From: Klebsormidium nitens
Taxonomy: Eukaryota; Plantae; Klebsormidiophyceae
Reading direction: 5' to 3'
NCBI GenBank assembly: GCA_000708835.1
Contig: DF236970.1
Location: 316,247-380,246, forward strand
Length of the DNA: 64,000 bases
This document shows, one piece after another, positions 37,190 to 50,500 of this stretch. The position numbers were made by a program, and so were the translations under genes. The notes below the pieces were generated by a model. That model had not been told where the DNA came from, did not search any database, and saw only the letters and a list, made by a program, of their open reading frames with translations. Numbering within the stretch: the stretch's first letter is position 1; the number at the start of each line of letters is the position of its first letter.

Positions 37190-37613
37190 NNNNNNNNNNN
37201 NNNNNNNNNNNNNNNNNNNNNNNNNNNNNNNNNNNNNNNNNNNNNNNNNNNNNNNNNNNNNNNNNNNNNNNNNNNNNNNNNNNNNNNNNNNNNNNNNNNN
37301 NNNNNNNNNNNNNNNNNNNNNNNNNNNNNNNNNNNNNNNNNNNNNNNNNNNNNNNNNNNNNNNNNNNNNNNNNNNNNNNNNNNNNNNNNNNNNNNNNNNN
37401 NNNNNNNNNNNNNNNNNNNNNNNNNNNNNNNNNNNNNNNNNNNNNNNNNNNNNNNNNNNNNNNNNNNNNNNNNNNNNNNNNNNNNNNNNNNNNNNNNNNN
37501 NNNNNNNNNNNNNNNNNNNNNNNNNNNNNNNNNNNNNNNNNNNNNNNNNNNNNNNNNNNNNNNNNNNNNNNNNNNNNNNNNNNNNNNNNNNNNNNNNNNN
37601 NNNNNNNNNNNNN
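37190..37613. other. Assembly gap (N run)
   Basis: Run of n. Confidence 1.
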
Positions 37614-38008
37614 CAGTGGCGGCGGCGGTTCTTCCAATGATGCCATGACGCGCATAGAACAGCTCCAGTGCTTTCACGAGCGCCTTTCATTGTGCTGATC
37701 AAAAGTAGAGGAGGTATCTGAAACGACCTTCAAGTTCAGTTGTTTAAAAGCTGCAGGGAAGACACTAGTTGGTGAAGAGGTGAAGGTGCGAAGTGCAGAA
37801 GTGAGAGCAGGGCGAGGGGTGGCGTTCAACAAGTTTGAGTGAAGGGAGGAAGCTTGAGACCTGGAGTAGTCAGGGATTTCGAGATTTCTGAAGCTCTGAG
37901 AGTCAGAAGCATGCTTGCAGGGCTTTGCAAAAGGAATATCTCAGCTGGTGAGCAGAATTTGGGTTTCCGCCTCAAGCCCGAAGGCAGCAGCTATCAATCG
38001 ACGCAAGC

Positions 38009-39833
38009 ATGCAGCGGCCAAGCGTTTACGTTGGTGTGCCAGAGCCGAGCTCTGGCTACCTCTCCAAAGCCTCCCCACGCCATGCCTCTCCAGCCTATGC
38101 TGCTACTGAAATCGTGGAAGAGCAGCTGGTGACCAGCCATGAGAAGCCGGCCGTAAAAAAATCTGTGTGGTCTATGAAGCCAGAGGAGACGGTGCATCTG
38201 ATACCTCTCATATTGGTGCTGAGCGGTCTCATTGTGAGCCTCCCAACGTTCTACAATGCATACCAGGGTGAGTTTGACTTCTGCACCGTTTGCTCTCTTA
38301 CTCATCTGCAAGTAAGGAAATGTCTCTACAAAAATCTATGGGAGAAACATACAATTCCGCCTCTGTGAGAAACTCCTCTTTCCAAAGGTTAAGAGTGCTG
38401 CAATCGCTCAAGAGTCTGAGTTCCACTGCCTCTGGTGTGTGATGTGATTGTCCTTTCTACAAACAGCTGAAAGTACGTGGAGATCTGAAGCCCTTCGCAA
38501 AGGTCAATTGCTATCTGGAGTTTGTTTGGACTGTTTTAGTTCCACAGAATCTGAGTTGTCTCACATTCTGGAAACCATATTGCAACTCGTTCACTTTCTG
38601 CAGAGAAACCGAAATCCCTCTGGACCTCTGAAAACGTTTCAAACCATGCTGGGGTGCCATGTCTTCCTGACTCGTCCATCAGACAGAGTCATCTGACTTG
38701 GGAGCCTAAGAAAAGCTTGGCAGAGATTGTTGACTGGAAGCTTCTGCTTCAGATGAGAACCACTTTAACCTGAGCTCTGGGGTTGGTCCCATGTTAGTGG
38801 AATGAGCTTTGGAAGCCTGAGTATGCATGACATGGGGCACTTTTTGTGATTTCTGGATAGGATTGTCCTAGTTGACAGCAGCTGTTCCGATGAACTTGCT
38901 TCAAAGCCCTTTCATACTCACAGCTTGCCGTTTAGACTCATCTACAAGTTGGTGAAGTTAGTAAGGTCGATCTTCAGAAGCTTTTCATTCTGAGCTGACT
39001 GTCCGAATTCCACATAACGTGGCTAGATTGATGCTGACATACAGGACTATTTCGCTTTTGATTTTCTGCAGGCAGGGGCCACTCCTCGGCCCTACTTTGA
39101 AGCTCCCCAACCAAGCATGATTGACAGCTGGCCGTGAACCTTTTGAGATACTCAACAGATCTCACTGCGAATCGAAGACAAGCTGGCACCAGCTAGCTAT
39201 TATGGTTAGGGAACACAATCTGAGCTCCAATGAGGTTCTGTCACACAGTACTCTGTGGTAGGACAGATTTGACACCAACTCCCAGGATTCACCTGCTAAC
39301 AAATTGTATTTGTTTTTTTGACAGGCTTGCCCCTCAGCACGACACACCGCTTGGGAGGCTCTTCTGCAGTCCAGATGCAGAGCATGGCGTCAGGCGACTC
39401 CATTCTGATCCATCCTGAGCTGGGGCGCAGCGTCAGGGACGCTTCCTACGAGGCGCTGAAGCTCTCGGCGAGTCAGAAAGACTGGGAGGATGCGCAGCCG
39501 TCTGAGGAGGTGGTAGCCCTGCGGAAAGCGGAGAAAGAGCTCAAGAAGAGGAAAGTGAGGAGTGCAGGCCTCGGTGCAATTTTCAAGAGCGCAAAGACGG
39601 GGGATGCTGGCATCGAGAATGTTGTTCAGAAGGTTGGGGACGCTGTGTTTGAGACGGAGGAGAAGAGCGTCGCGGCGGGAGGGGAGAGAATTGCGGCAGC
39701 AATAAAGAAGATCGACCCGACCAAGAAGGACAAGAAAAAGGGTGGAAAGCAGGAAAAGAAGAAGAGCACAACTAAGGGGGAAGGAAAGAAGAAGGGGCAG
39801 AAGACAGCGGGAGAGGGGCGACCGGAGCATTGA
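38009..39833 (+). CDS. Uncharacterised single-pass membrane protein with Lys-rich C-terminus
   Basis: Exon 38009-38267 (...EETVHLIPLILVLSGLIVSL, |gtgagt, phase 1) joins exon 39325-39833 (phase 1 acceptor) in frame; the second exon ends ...KKDKKKGGKQEKKK...PEH*. The start codon is uncertain. Confidence 0.6.
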
Positions 39834-41354
39834 GTTTGTAGACGGCCGGAAACAGAAGCGGACGACCGAAGACTTTTACTGACAGTATCAGTTGTCGTAT
39901 CTGAACGGGTTGGATAACAAAAAATCTAACTAACGGATATTGTATGGGGTAAAGACGAATCTGCCTGTTGGATCCGAGCCTGGGCCAAAGGAGCTGCACT
40001 TAGTGAATGAAAGATTCTCTGCCAAGGCTGGGTGGGGTGTTCTGACTTGGAAGTATCTGTCACGGACATCCGACGCAGCCCTTTGACATAGAGATTCTGC
40101 TTTATAAATGCATGGGACGAAGAAAAGAAATGCCGCACGTAGCGAGGCCATCTACAGATACATAGAACCGGTAAGCTTACAATGGAGAATCTCAAAAAGC
40201 AGGCTGGCGGTAGAGTATGAGATGCACTTGTGCCCCCAATTGAAGCATAAAGTGGCAAGTAGTCAAAAGGAGGCCGATGCGTTCGTTGAGTCTCTGCCGC
40301 CTTCACGAAAGACAGAGTAACTGTATAGGTATGTACAAACATCGTATTAAATGACTGGAGCAAGTCGCACAGGATGCGCACAGGAATCGGTAGACACATA
40401 CTGATTCTCGTGTAGTGAGACACAATAAGATCAATACAAGGACCAATATATGATTTAGACAGAACTGCCTATGAGTGATAATTGGCATGGGGGCCAGCCA
40501 GCTTAATTACCGGCCTTCTGATTGAGCCTGGTGTGCTAACTCTTAATCACCTCGGTGAGTAAGTTCGGACTGGCATCATGCGCCGACTCTCCAATCTTTA
40601 CGCCAGCCCAAATCGATCGTCTGAAGATGCTATCATATATGCGCAATCCGTAGAATGTATCAGTTGCAAACGTCAAATGCAATATCGAATAGACTGACAT
40701 CATTGAAAGAGTAAACAACGCTTGGTGCTAATTGAAGCTGCCGCAATAATGTGACAGGGCGCGGCACGCGCACTTGAGTGATCGTGCAGGTCTTGAGATC
40801 GTCAAATGACTCTGATGATCGAAGCAACATACGGAACTTAATTCCACCCATATATGCAGACCTTACACAGGAGCTAAGCTCAAGTTGTGCGCCACACCCG
40901 GCATGCCCATTTGTGCTCATTTGAGCTCAAGGATGTGCATCATGCATGTGATGCTGCTATTCTGGCATGCATGCATGTCCGTAATCCTTCATACTAAACG
41001 TTACGTAGATACCCCGGGCCCGGCCGGGCCTGCATTCTCACCTTGCTGCCGCACCGATATTGAATTATCTAGTTTCGAATGAAGCCAACCAAATCATCTT
41101 AGAAATGATACATACAGCCGCGTCGCTCTGAGGCGAGCATACCCAGCGGGGAGCGGGCAGATTCTGCATGAGTAGGCTCTAAGAAACCTCCCACGATGCA
41201 CCGTTCGCCAACACCAGCATGGTGCATGAACGGCGAAATCAGATGTGAGTTGACAGATCGCTTTGAGTTACCATCGAAACTGCCAGGCGCTCGCAACAAG
41301 AGCTGTGCTTGGAAAGAGCAGCTTTTAAGGCTTGATTACGTAGGAACGTCCAGT

Positions 41355-43205
41355 CTAAGACTCATCAACGGCCCCGGCTCCCTTGTTGTGCTTCTTGGCG
41401 TATCTCTGATTTCTCAAGAACTTGGGGTCCATCTGCAGACAGCAAGAGTCAAAGGGTCAGTCGGCGTAAAACTTCTGAAAGGTGCGGCGACCGCGAAATC
41501 CTGTTTAATTGAACCTAGCATGATTTTAAGCACCAAATGTAGCCTGTTTGATTGCGTGCCTACTATCCAAGGAAAGAATAGCATCTCAGCGAATAGGGGA
41601 GAAAAATCACAGAAGGTCGGAGAGCTTTTCGAACTGAAAAAGACGTTGAGGGAGCGACTTGAATCCAACAAGAATCGCTCTCTGACACTAGCCTCAATTG
41701 AGACGCCCACAGACTATTGCAAGACTCGGTTCAGAGACCAGAACCGTAAGAAAATCCTGATATGACTGACATCCAGAAAAGCATTCAGAACAGTTTTAGC
41801 AATGAGTTGGAAAGATTCAAAGGCTGCTGCACCAACTGTGACTAGCAGACATACCAGACGACATCCATCAAATACACCTGAACCGAAGAAGCTCATGGCC
41901 TCCATGTATTCACAAAGCCAGTCTGTTGCTCCTTCGACTCTCTGTTCGCTCCTCTGAGCGGTAAGTCAACTTCAACAAGAAAGTCCAAAAACGTAGATAG
42001 CATTACTAATGCTCTGTAATTCTGTAGAACCTTAAAAAAAAAGCCACTACTATCCCAGAACTTGCAAGGACTTGCCCGCAAGCAATCTGTATATGAACCT
42101 TCAGAAAGGAGGAACGAGGTCCCACGCTTGTTCATCTAAAGTATCAGCAAACATAGGATGCCGGGCACTCTAAGTCCCAAGAGCACTTTTAGTAACATCA
42201 TCCTGGAAAAAAGCTAGGCAATTCGAATTCCCTCGAAAGTTCAAAGCCCTCCCGACGGACTCCAAGCGAAGCTTCTTGACCTCCAAATGAGGCAAAGTAA
42301 ACCTCTCAGAGACAAACGTACATCGGAGGTTTGCCAGGAACAACAAAGACATGTCACATCTGCTCGAAGGAACGAAAGGTGAAGCGCTTGAATGCCCACA
42401 GCGCTAGCTGCTTTCCAGACTCTATCGTACATGCTTTCTGATGACCTTTGGACCTGACTATAGCTGCCAACCTATGCGACAATCAGCCTCCAAGGTTAGC
42501 CACTTTGTTTGAGGGCACCTCCCTGGAACAGCGATAACAAGCATAGCGGACTCACGGCAGGCCCATACAATAGAGTGCCCCGTCCAGCGATCCGCGTATC
42601 CGAGCTACATAAGTCCGCAGTATTTGCCATTAAAGCGCGTCAACAAGTCATTGGTGCGCAACAGAGTGGGTGTGCTAGAGCTCCCGCAAAGCTGAAATTG
42701 GGCCTCTCGCATGCTCTCGAGCATGCTGGCAATCGAACATTCTGATGTCCCATTGTGGCCCCTAGAATCTCACGTAATTCCAAACTCGCACATTTCTGTC
42801 GCAAGCCCACATAACGTGCTGTGCGCCCCAAGGGCCGAGCGGAGGAAGGACACACCATCAAAATAACACCAAAAGCAGGAGTCTCAGCGACCCAACCCGA
42901 ATCCAGGGATTGATGCGGATACCTTTTTTCGCAGGTCAAAGTTTGGAACAGGGACACATCCGCCAAAGATCAGCCACAAACTAGTACAAAAAAGAAATGG
43001 ACCCATCTGATCCGGCACTTTGAGCGGGCGGTGTGCACAAGCGCTCATGCCGAAAATCCGGAAGAGACGATGCAAAGCTGGCGACTGCAAGGTAGAGGCT
43101 TACCCCCTTCGTCGAGATGTACTTTGTCCGCTTGGGCTTCTTGATCCCATTCTTATGCGCCTTGTATGACTGGTTGTGGGCTGTGTGATTCTTGGACTTG
43201 GCCAT
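41355..43205 (-). CDS. RPL29: 60S ribosomal protein L29 (eL29)
   Basis: Exon 43205-43104 [34 protein letters not shown] plus exon 41432-41355 [25 protein letters not shown]; the eL29 sequence is unmistakable. Confidence 0.97.
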
Positions 43206-44582
43206 CTTTGCTGCTGCGCCAAGAAGGCCAAAACCCCGTCAATGACAAACGGCTGAGAGGGTATACATGCCCGCAGCTCATCCGTTCATTTTGCTGCCCC
43301 CAAGTTGATCCCAAACTGCCCCAACTTGCCAGGCCATCTCCACCATTACCACTCATTATCCTCAAAAGCCGCGACAAAAACATACATATCTCATCTCTTG
43401 GCCCATTAACTGATTAAATAGTTCAACAACCCCTGATTTCCACCTTACTTCCCAATGAGATGAGAAGCATAACTAACAAGAAAAAGAACCCGACTGCCCG
43501 TCAACTGGATACCACCCGCTTGCTTCACCAACACCGTTACCAAAGACACAAGAACCAGCAGGCTTCTGCAACCACAATCAGAATAGGCAAGCAGCAAGAA
43601 TCCGTCTAAAGCATGGGCAGCCATCGGAGAACGCAAGCTGACGCCATGGCTCACCTGACAGACGCACCGACCGCCCGCAGCCCTAAGCTTCAGTCTGGAA
43701 AAGGGAGGAGGGAAGAGGGCGCGCCCTGTCCAAGTCCTTTGGAATCAGAAGTGCGCGACAAGAGTTGGCCTCGCGCGCCAGTCGTAGTCCAGTGCGCTGG
43801 AGAGAAGATCGGAGATGTGCGACTCAGCAGACCGCTTGCGCGGTTCTGCGCGGCGCCGCAAACTGCGTCGAAGTGAGACCGCCCTCCCTGCGGTTTCAAA
43901 TGCATACGAATTGACGTATATTACCTAGGATTTGTTTACATACGAGTTCAGAAACTTAGAGAGAAGAAGGCTTATAAGGATCTAGGTAAGAAGATTAAGA
44001 AAAGTAGCCGGTGGTGTTACCGTGGCGTGGCTTTAGTACAAAGAACTCCACAAATAAGTAACATCCATGATGCTTTGTGATAACGAACCCACCCTAACCT
44101 CCATCCTAACCCGTCTCCAATGTTTTTGTATACCGGTAGGTAGGTAAATCACGTTCTAATTCAGGAACTCATATTCATATGAGTGTATCTCGACCGTGAC
44201 TGGCGCGTGCATACCGCGGCCAATCCCTGGGCCTGGGCCTGGGCCTGGGCCTCTGCGCAATGAGGGCTCCGACTCGAAGCTCAGCTCATGTGCACTGAAC
44301 TTCAAGAGTGATGGAAGACGTCTGACCCATTCTGAACGTCGTGCCACCTTCATTTCAAGACTCAAAAGCGAAGGCGATCTTGCAGAGGGCGTCACTTGCT
44401 TGCGCTCACTCATGAAGGTAGGCAGGCGTTTTATGGAAGAGCAAGAACCCACAGACCATCCTTAATCAAGAGTACTCGCATTTCCCTGAAGCATCTATAA
44501 AGTGCGACCACCAAGCGATCATGCAACGTCTCCTCTGGTTGCAATCTCCCTGAGACTCGGGTACTGCAATTGAGAACCAGGA
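43206..44582. promoter_or_regulatory. Divergent region between RPL29 and the BtuF-like fusion gene (UTR exons and introns likely)
   Basis: Outward-facing starts. There is an RPL29 5' UTR acceptor near 43218 and spliceable segments at 44165-44418 on +. Confidence 0.45.
44225..44252 (+). repeat. (CCTGGG)4 microsatellite with a canonical G-quadruplex pattern
   Basis: ccctgggcctgggcctgggcctgggcct contains GGG-N3-GGG-N3-GGG-N3-GGG at 44229-44249. Confidence 0.85.
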
Positions 44583-47500
44583 ATGGCGTGGTTTTACACA
44601 AACGATCCACCACTTCATCGGGACGCCCTCGAGACGGCCACCCCTCGCGTGGTTTCCTTTCTGGGCGCTGCGACGGAGATAGTCTGTCTCCTGGGCTGCG
44701 AGGATTGGCTGGTGGGTAGGTCGCACGAATGCCAGCGGCCAGAGAGTATCTTGTCTCTGCCATGCGTGTCGTCAGCGGAGCCCATAGGAGATGATCTGGG
44801 CGCCATAAGCAGCCGGGAGATTGATGAGCGGGTGCGGGGGCTGGTGGAGCGGGGCTTGGCGCGATACAAGATCGATGCGGAGATGCTGCGGGATCTGCAA
44901 CCGGACGTAATCTTGACGCAGGACCAGTGCAGGTGGGATTGCGAAAACAAGTCTCTGAGGAGTTGAATCCCACACATAATATTGTTTTCATATTTCAAAG
45001 TCTTCATGTGATCTCTAACAATTATACTTTTATGTTCAAAGTACCTATTCAACAGACGTTCTATGTTCTGTTTGTCTTTTCGGTCTTGTCAGTGTCCAGA
45101 TTTGGGGCGGACTAATAGTATCTTTCGGGCTGCAGGAATTGCTGAGAGTCACATCTGACATGTGTGAAAATCGTTCAGGGTGAAAACTCAAATGGCCAGG
45201 CACTGTGCATTTCCAAGGGATTTTTTTGGTGGCCAGGTTCAAGAGCTGTTGGGCTGAGGTTTACGGTTTTCAGCGATATCTAGTGAAGTGATCTCGCTTA
45301 GAAGAAGCATGCGGTGGTGCATGCCTATAAAACTCCCTGCTCTAGAGCTCCAACTGAGAGATTTTATTTGGGGTTTTGAAATAGTTGAAAATTGTTCAAG
45401 TCTTCTTCAGTCTCGGGGGCCCGAAGTGGTGATTTCTGCGGTTTTGCACTATCGTATAAGAGAACCCGTTTCCTCTTGCTAGAAAGCGATACCGTGCATG
45501 GTGGCAATTGAAAAACTAGGATTCATTGGGCACCTCAAGACCTGCTATATGTGTGCCTCATCTAGTAGCAAAGCGTCCTGCCAGTTTGATCAATGCAACC
45601 ACTTTCGCAATCAGTGTTTGTCATGGGGAGATTAGGGGGAGAGGATCTATGGCCAAGTTGAAGAAGTGAGAACAACTTCTCAAAAACGTTTTCGGTTAAA
45701 GCACATTCTGCAGCGCACTAACCCTCACACTGCACGATTGCCTTTGTGAGGAAAGTGTTCTAAGTGTGCTGCGTTCCTAGGTTTGGACTTGCCCTGAGCT
45801 TGTAAGGTGACCTGTAATGCAAATTGCAGTCGCTCATGTAGGTTTTTCAAAAGGTAGAATGGCTTACTCGCAGCTTGTGCAAGGAGCTTCTGGCTTTTTG
45901 GTTACATATAGGCTCGTGTCTTCCTGATGTGTTCTTGCTCAGCCTCTTAATATTCCTCCCACGTCAGTATTGTATTGTTGCACCGCAGTTCCCAAAAACA
46001 GTCAAGAAGTTCCTGATAATTGGTGCTGCTGAAAGGGACCTTCTTATGGCTTCCTATATCCCCCGTATTAGTGGGTAGCATTCTTTACACATATTGGCCG
46101 TATCTCACGTGCCGTCCACATGACGACGGAGGTTTGAGTTCTTTATCTGGAAAAAGTGCCCCCTTTCGGCATTTGTCGACCTCAAATCCAGGCAATAGTC
46201 CTTGAAGGCGTGAAAGCAGATTTTGGTTTGGCTTGGCTCATTGCAATTCTTATTTTGAATGCTTGCGTGCAGTCATGTTCACAAGCCCTTGAATTGAAGC
46301 ATTCAACCGCAGTCCTTCTTGCTACTAACCCAAGAAGTCCACTGAATCCCTTTCTATATTAGTCTTTGCACTTGGCTTGGATTTCATTCTTAACACGCTT
46401 CTTGTAGTCAGGCCTTTAGTTCATCCACTCAGTCGAATCCCCAGCGATTTTGGCAACTCACCAAGCCAAGCCTCTCAATGAACTCCAACCACCTCTTTCC
46501 ATTCTTAGCCACATCCAACTATCACTGACCCTTGTTAGCGTCTCTGACCATCTCCCTTTTGTCCGAATCTCATCCCTGACTATCTCTACCCCTCTGCGTC
46601 TCTCTTTGCCCCATTGACCATATCTGCTTGTCTTTCATGTTCCTAACCCTCAACCACTTTTGTTCAGGTATGACCATGATCTAACTATCTTCAAAGCATA
46701 TGTGATCACGGCTAACCGTTCATGCTAACCGCATTCGCGCCACCTGTCCGCAGCGTGTGTGCCGTCACCCCCCAAGACCTGGAGTCCGCCTGTTCCCGCT
46801 TCTTCCATGAGGACCAGAAGCCGTGCAAGGTCGTGTCGCTCCGCCCCACCACGGTGAGCTCCTGCGCCTTAACTTTTCCTTTCCCTTTCTGCTTTTTTCC
46901 TCAAACGGTAGTTTGCCATCCTTGTCGCTTTACCGCTTGAAGTCTGGGTTTGGATCCTGCGGAAGATAAGGGTGCCCTCTCCGCTGTAGTAACCGCTGTC
47001 CACCTCTGCATCTCTATTTTTCTTTTGAAGTTGTGTAAGTACGAGCAAACAAGGTGAGTCGCTATTGGTTTTCAAAAGCACAATTGTTGTGTTGCCAAGA
47101 GCGGCTCGGTTCGGACTAATAAGTAGATAGGAATGTCCTCGATCATGTCCTTGTTTTCAGGAAGAGCAGGCTGTTGAGCGTTAACCGGTCTTAAGCATCT
47201 TTGATATTTAAATGCTTGCAAAGGGCTCTGGACGAAGCAACGTTGCGCCCCTCAGCGAAGTGACTCAACAGCAGTGGCCCGCGAGGGTGGCTATGACGAC
47301 CCTTGCGATTGGGGCGCTTTTACGTCCCAATCTTGTGTCGCTCCTTTCAGACCAGCCACTCACCTTGGTCAGCATGTTCGCATCTTTTTCTGTCGCCTCA
47401 AGCGTTCGGCTGGGCGCCGTATTGGAAAAACATGGACTTTTATGAACGGCTTCTCACGCAAGTCGCCGTGTGCCTTTTGAGGTGCACGAGTGCTATCTTC

Positions 47501-50500
47501 TGTCCTAAGCATTTCTCTACCCCGTATGTCGCATGTCACGGGATGCTCTCGGGGCCAGACTCGAAAGGTTTTTTTGGGTGCACCCTAATGCCTAAGGCTA
47601 GGTTTAAAAAAGAGTTGCATCTTGCCCTTCCACTGCCGGAGTGGTACCGAATGGTTCGACAACTCATGGAGAAGCTTGACACTAAGGCGGTTCGTTGTGA
47701 AGGGCTGTGAGATTGTGAGACTTTGTGGTGTCAGCATACACGTTCTTGCGTGCAGTCCTCGCCCAGTGACGGCTGTGTTGTCAAATGCTTGCCGCTTTGT
47801 CAAGAGCGTTGCTTGTCGATCCTTCCATTACTGTGCGAAGTTGCGCTGTGTTCTGACGCTACCTTCTTTGTTTGAGCGCTAATTGGTTGTTAGACAGGCT
47901 TTCAGAACGCCATCTTCGGTTGGCTGTGAAGAATGTGAAGCTGAGCCGGGTATTGACGCTCAGACCAGGACCCTCCAGAGAGCCGCCCTTTCTTGCCTCT
48001 ATTCCGCAGGCAACAATGGCCGTTGCTGTTCTGGTTTCCTCGCTCCCCCCCACTTGGCTCATTGTTGCATTTTCTTACAAGCGCGACCAGTTGGACAATC
48101 CTGATCCTAGGATCGTCCAAAGTGCTGAGGTTCTCTTTATCTGCTTCTAAGCTTAAATTTGTCTGTGATGCCCGTTTTTGAATGCATTGCACCTTGCTTA
48201 CAGTCAGCCGTTTGTAACCGCCAGTTGTTCATGTGTCGCTTGTGCGGATTGTCATCCCGTTATCAGGGGCACCTTTTTACTCAGAAGCAATCCAAGTTGC
48301 TTATTGATGGCTTGGATGCAGCTTTCAAAGCTGGGCTCGACTGCCCAAGGATACAGAGATGCTGATGCCACGTGTCGATCCCTTCCTTCGATCGTTAATC
48401 AGTACAACTTGAACGCCCAAAAGCTGAGATTCTTACTCGGGTTGAGGAGTAGTGGCACCTCGATCTGCGCGATTTCGTTCAACAATATCAAAGCTCATCT
48501 AAGCTACTTCCAACTCAAGACCCTTCACAAAGCGGCTCAAAAGGTTCATAGCTCGTTCCTTCCCTTCTTTGAGGTCTCTTCGCGAAACAATTTGGTGTTG
48601 AAAGTGTGCATGAATGAAGTGCGCACTTTCTCGGACTGAAGAATAGGAAAGCGTCGTAGGTTGCTCCGGCCCCAAAGAACTAGGCACTGTGTGCAGTCCA
48701 TTGATTGGTCTTGTCAATCTGTCTGCTCAAGGCCGAAATGGCGTCTGTGGCATTCATAGCGTGCCAGTCTTGCGAGTGAGCCCTTCCTGACGCTTATGCC
48801 ATGAAGTCCTTTCTTAAAAGCGTGTTCGTGTATGTGGTAGTACATCATTGCATCAGCAAAGAGCGGTTTGGCTATGACGACGCAGGATGAGCGGAGCAAC
48901 ATTCGTGCTAGCTCATCCACGCTATTTTGCCCGAATGCCATCCGACCAAGCGAATGAGAAGGCAGATTATCTGCCAACGAAAAGCCCATTTTGAGCTCCA
49001 AGTGCATTGCCTTCTCATGCTCTTCTCCTTTCAGCAAGACTGCTTGCAAAAGCCGCCTTTATTTGGACACTCCTTTCCTTTCGCTTTTGGTCTCATCCGG
49101 ATCCGTTCATCCTTTCAAAGCGCCAGGCGGACCAACAGTCCAACTGGCTGTGAAAGAGCTTCTGTTCTTCTGCGTTCCTCACGGGAAAGCGGGTCAAGAG
49201 AGTCATAAGGGCGGCAAGCTCGTACGTTGTCTGTAGAGTGGGCAATGAAGCAGACCAAAATGAAGCGCACTGCTTAGTGATTTCAATGGTAATTTTTTGT
49301 TGGATGCCATAGCGTTGCTTAAACCCTATGATTGGGCCGGTTGTGGCTAATGACTTTCTCGTGCTTTGAGATGATGGGGCAATCTGTCGTCAACCGTGCT
49401 GTTGTTCCTTCTTTTAGGACGATTTCCAACTGTTAAAGAGTCATCCCGGTAGAATGTAGGGTCCTTATTTTGCGCTTCTTAGGAGCTTTTTTTGTACGAT
49501 CCCATTGCGACTGAGATTTTTTCCTTGGAAGACGGCTAGACCCAGTCAGCATGTCATGACGTTGGCGACTTTCGCTGTGTTCGATACTCTTCCTCAACCC
49601 ACTGCGCAGCGTTGCAAGAAGCTGCGTCGTAACGTAGGGTACCTTCCTCTCGTCTGATCAGATTCCCACCTTCTGTTCTGCGCGATGCTCCGACGGGTGA
49701 AAGGACGAGCTAAATTGGTCTTAAATTTTACCGTTCCTTCTACAAAAAACCAGTCTTCGGACTGCTCTAATCATTCGTTGTTGGCACAAGTTTCAGCGCC
49801 GGCGATGATGCCAACGCGTGTTGGGTTATGATTAGCCCAGGGGGTTTTTGAGAAGCCATTGGCCGAAGCACCTGAATGATCGTGAGAAAAACTCTGACGC
49901 ACATCGATCTTGGACGGAGTATGGTTGTGGCCCCGATGAAGCTGTAGTTTGGCTGCTGCTGCCACTTTTGAAGGTTTAAAGTGGCAGCAGGAACTTCAGC
50001 TTGATGCCACGGTTTCCGAGTGCACTTGGATCCGCCTGTTGGCACGTGACCCTAGAATCCGCCTCGATTCTACTTGATGGCTTCACGTTACCAACGCCGT
50101 AATTACTAGACAGGTGGCCGAAGGGGTTCGACACTGTTTACCAGAGGACACTTTTATCCAGAGGAAAGCTGCTCAGAACGTGGATTTGTCAGAAAGAGGG
50201 CATGTTTGGGGGCTGTGAAGTCGGTGGAATTGATCGCACTTTGGCGGTCAGTCGCCTAATGACGAACCCGATTGCCAACGTCAAAGCTGTCGAAGAAGGG
50301 CAAGGAAGGTCAGACAAGCAGTCATGTCGCTCGTCCTTTCACCTCCATATCAGCGTCGCAATCTGCGAGGCGCGATATGCGACAAAGCCGACTGGTGCTC
50401 TCAAACGGTTGGTGGGGGGCTGTGAAGACTGCTGGGCTGAGGTGGCGCAGAATTTGGCAGCTCATCGCCAGCGCTGCAGGGATGTCTGAGTGCCACTCGT

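Noticed and set aside
36370-37702. Possible minus-strand gene starting MASLEEPPPPL (37646), crossing the second gap, with an exon near 36370-36650
   Set aside because: No recognisable domain, two competing frames, and the gap hides the middle, so it cannot be supported as a CDS.
41433-43103. Intronic snoRNA in the RPL29 intron
   Set aside because: I found no convincing box C (RUGAUGA)/box D pair with a terminal stem by eye. A covariance-model search would be needed.
43613-44465. Upstream ORFs/exons (43613-43876, 44165-44418) as an N-terminal extension of the binding-domain gene
   Set aside because: The donor at 44419 is phase 0 but the only good acceptor (44580) is phase 1 with an in-frame stop just upstream. 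The alternative GAG acceptor at 44633 is weak. Left unresolved.
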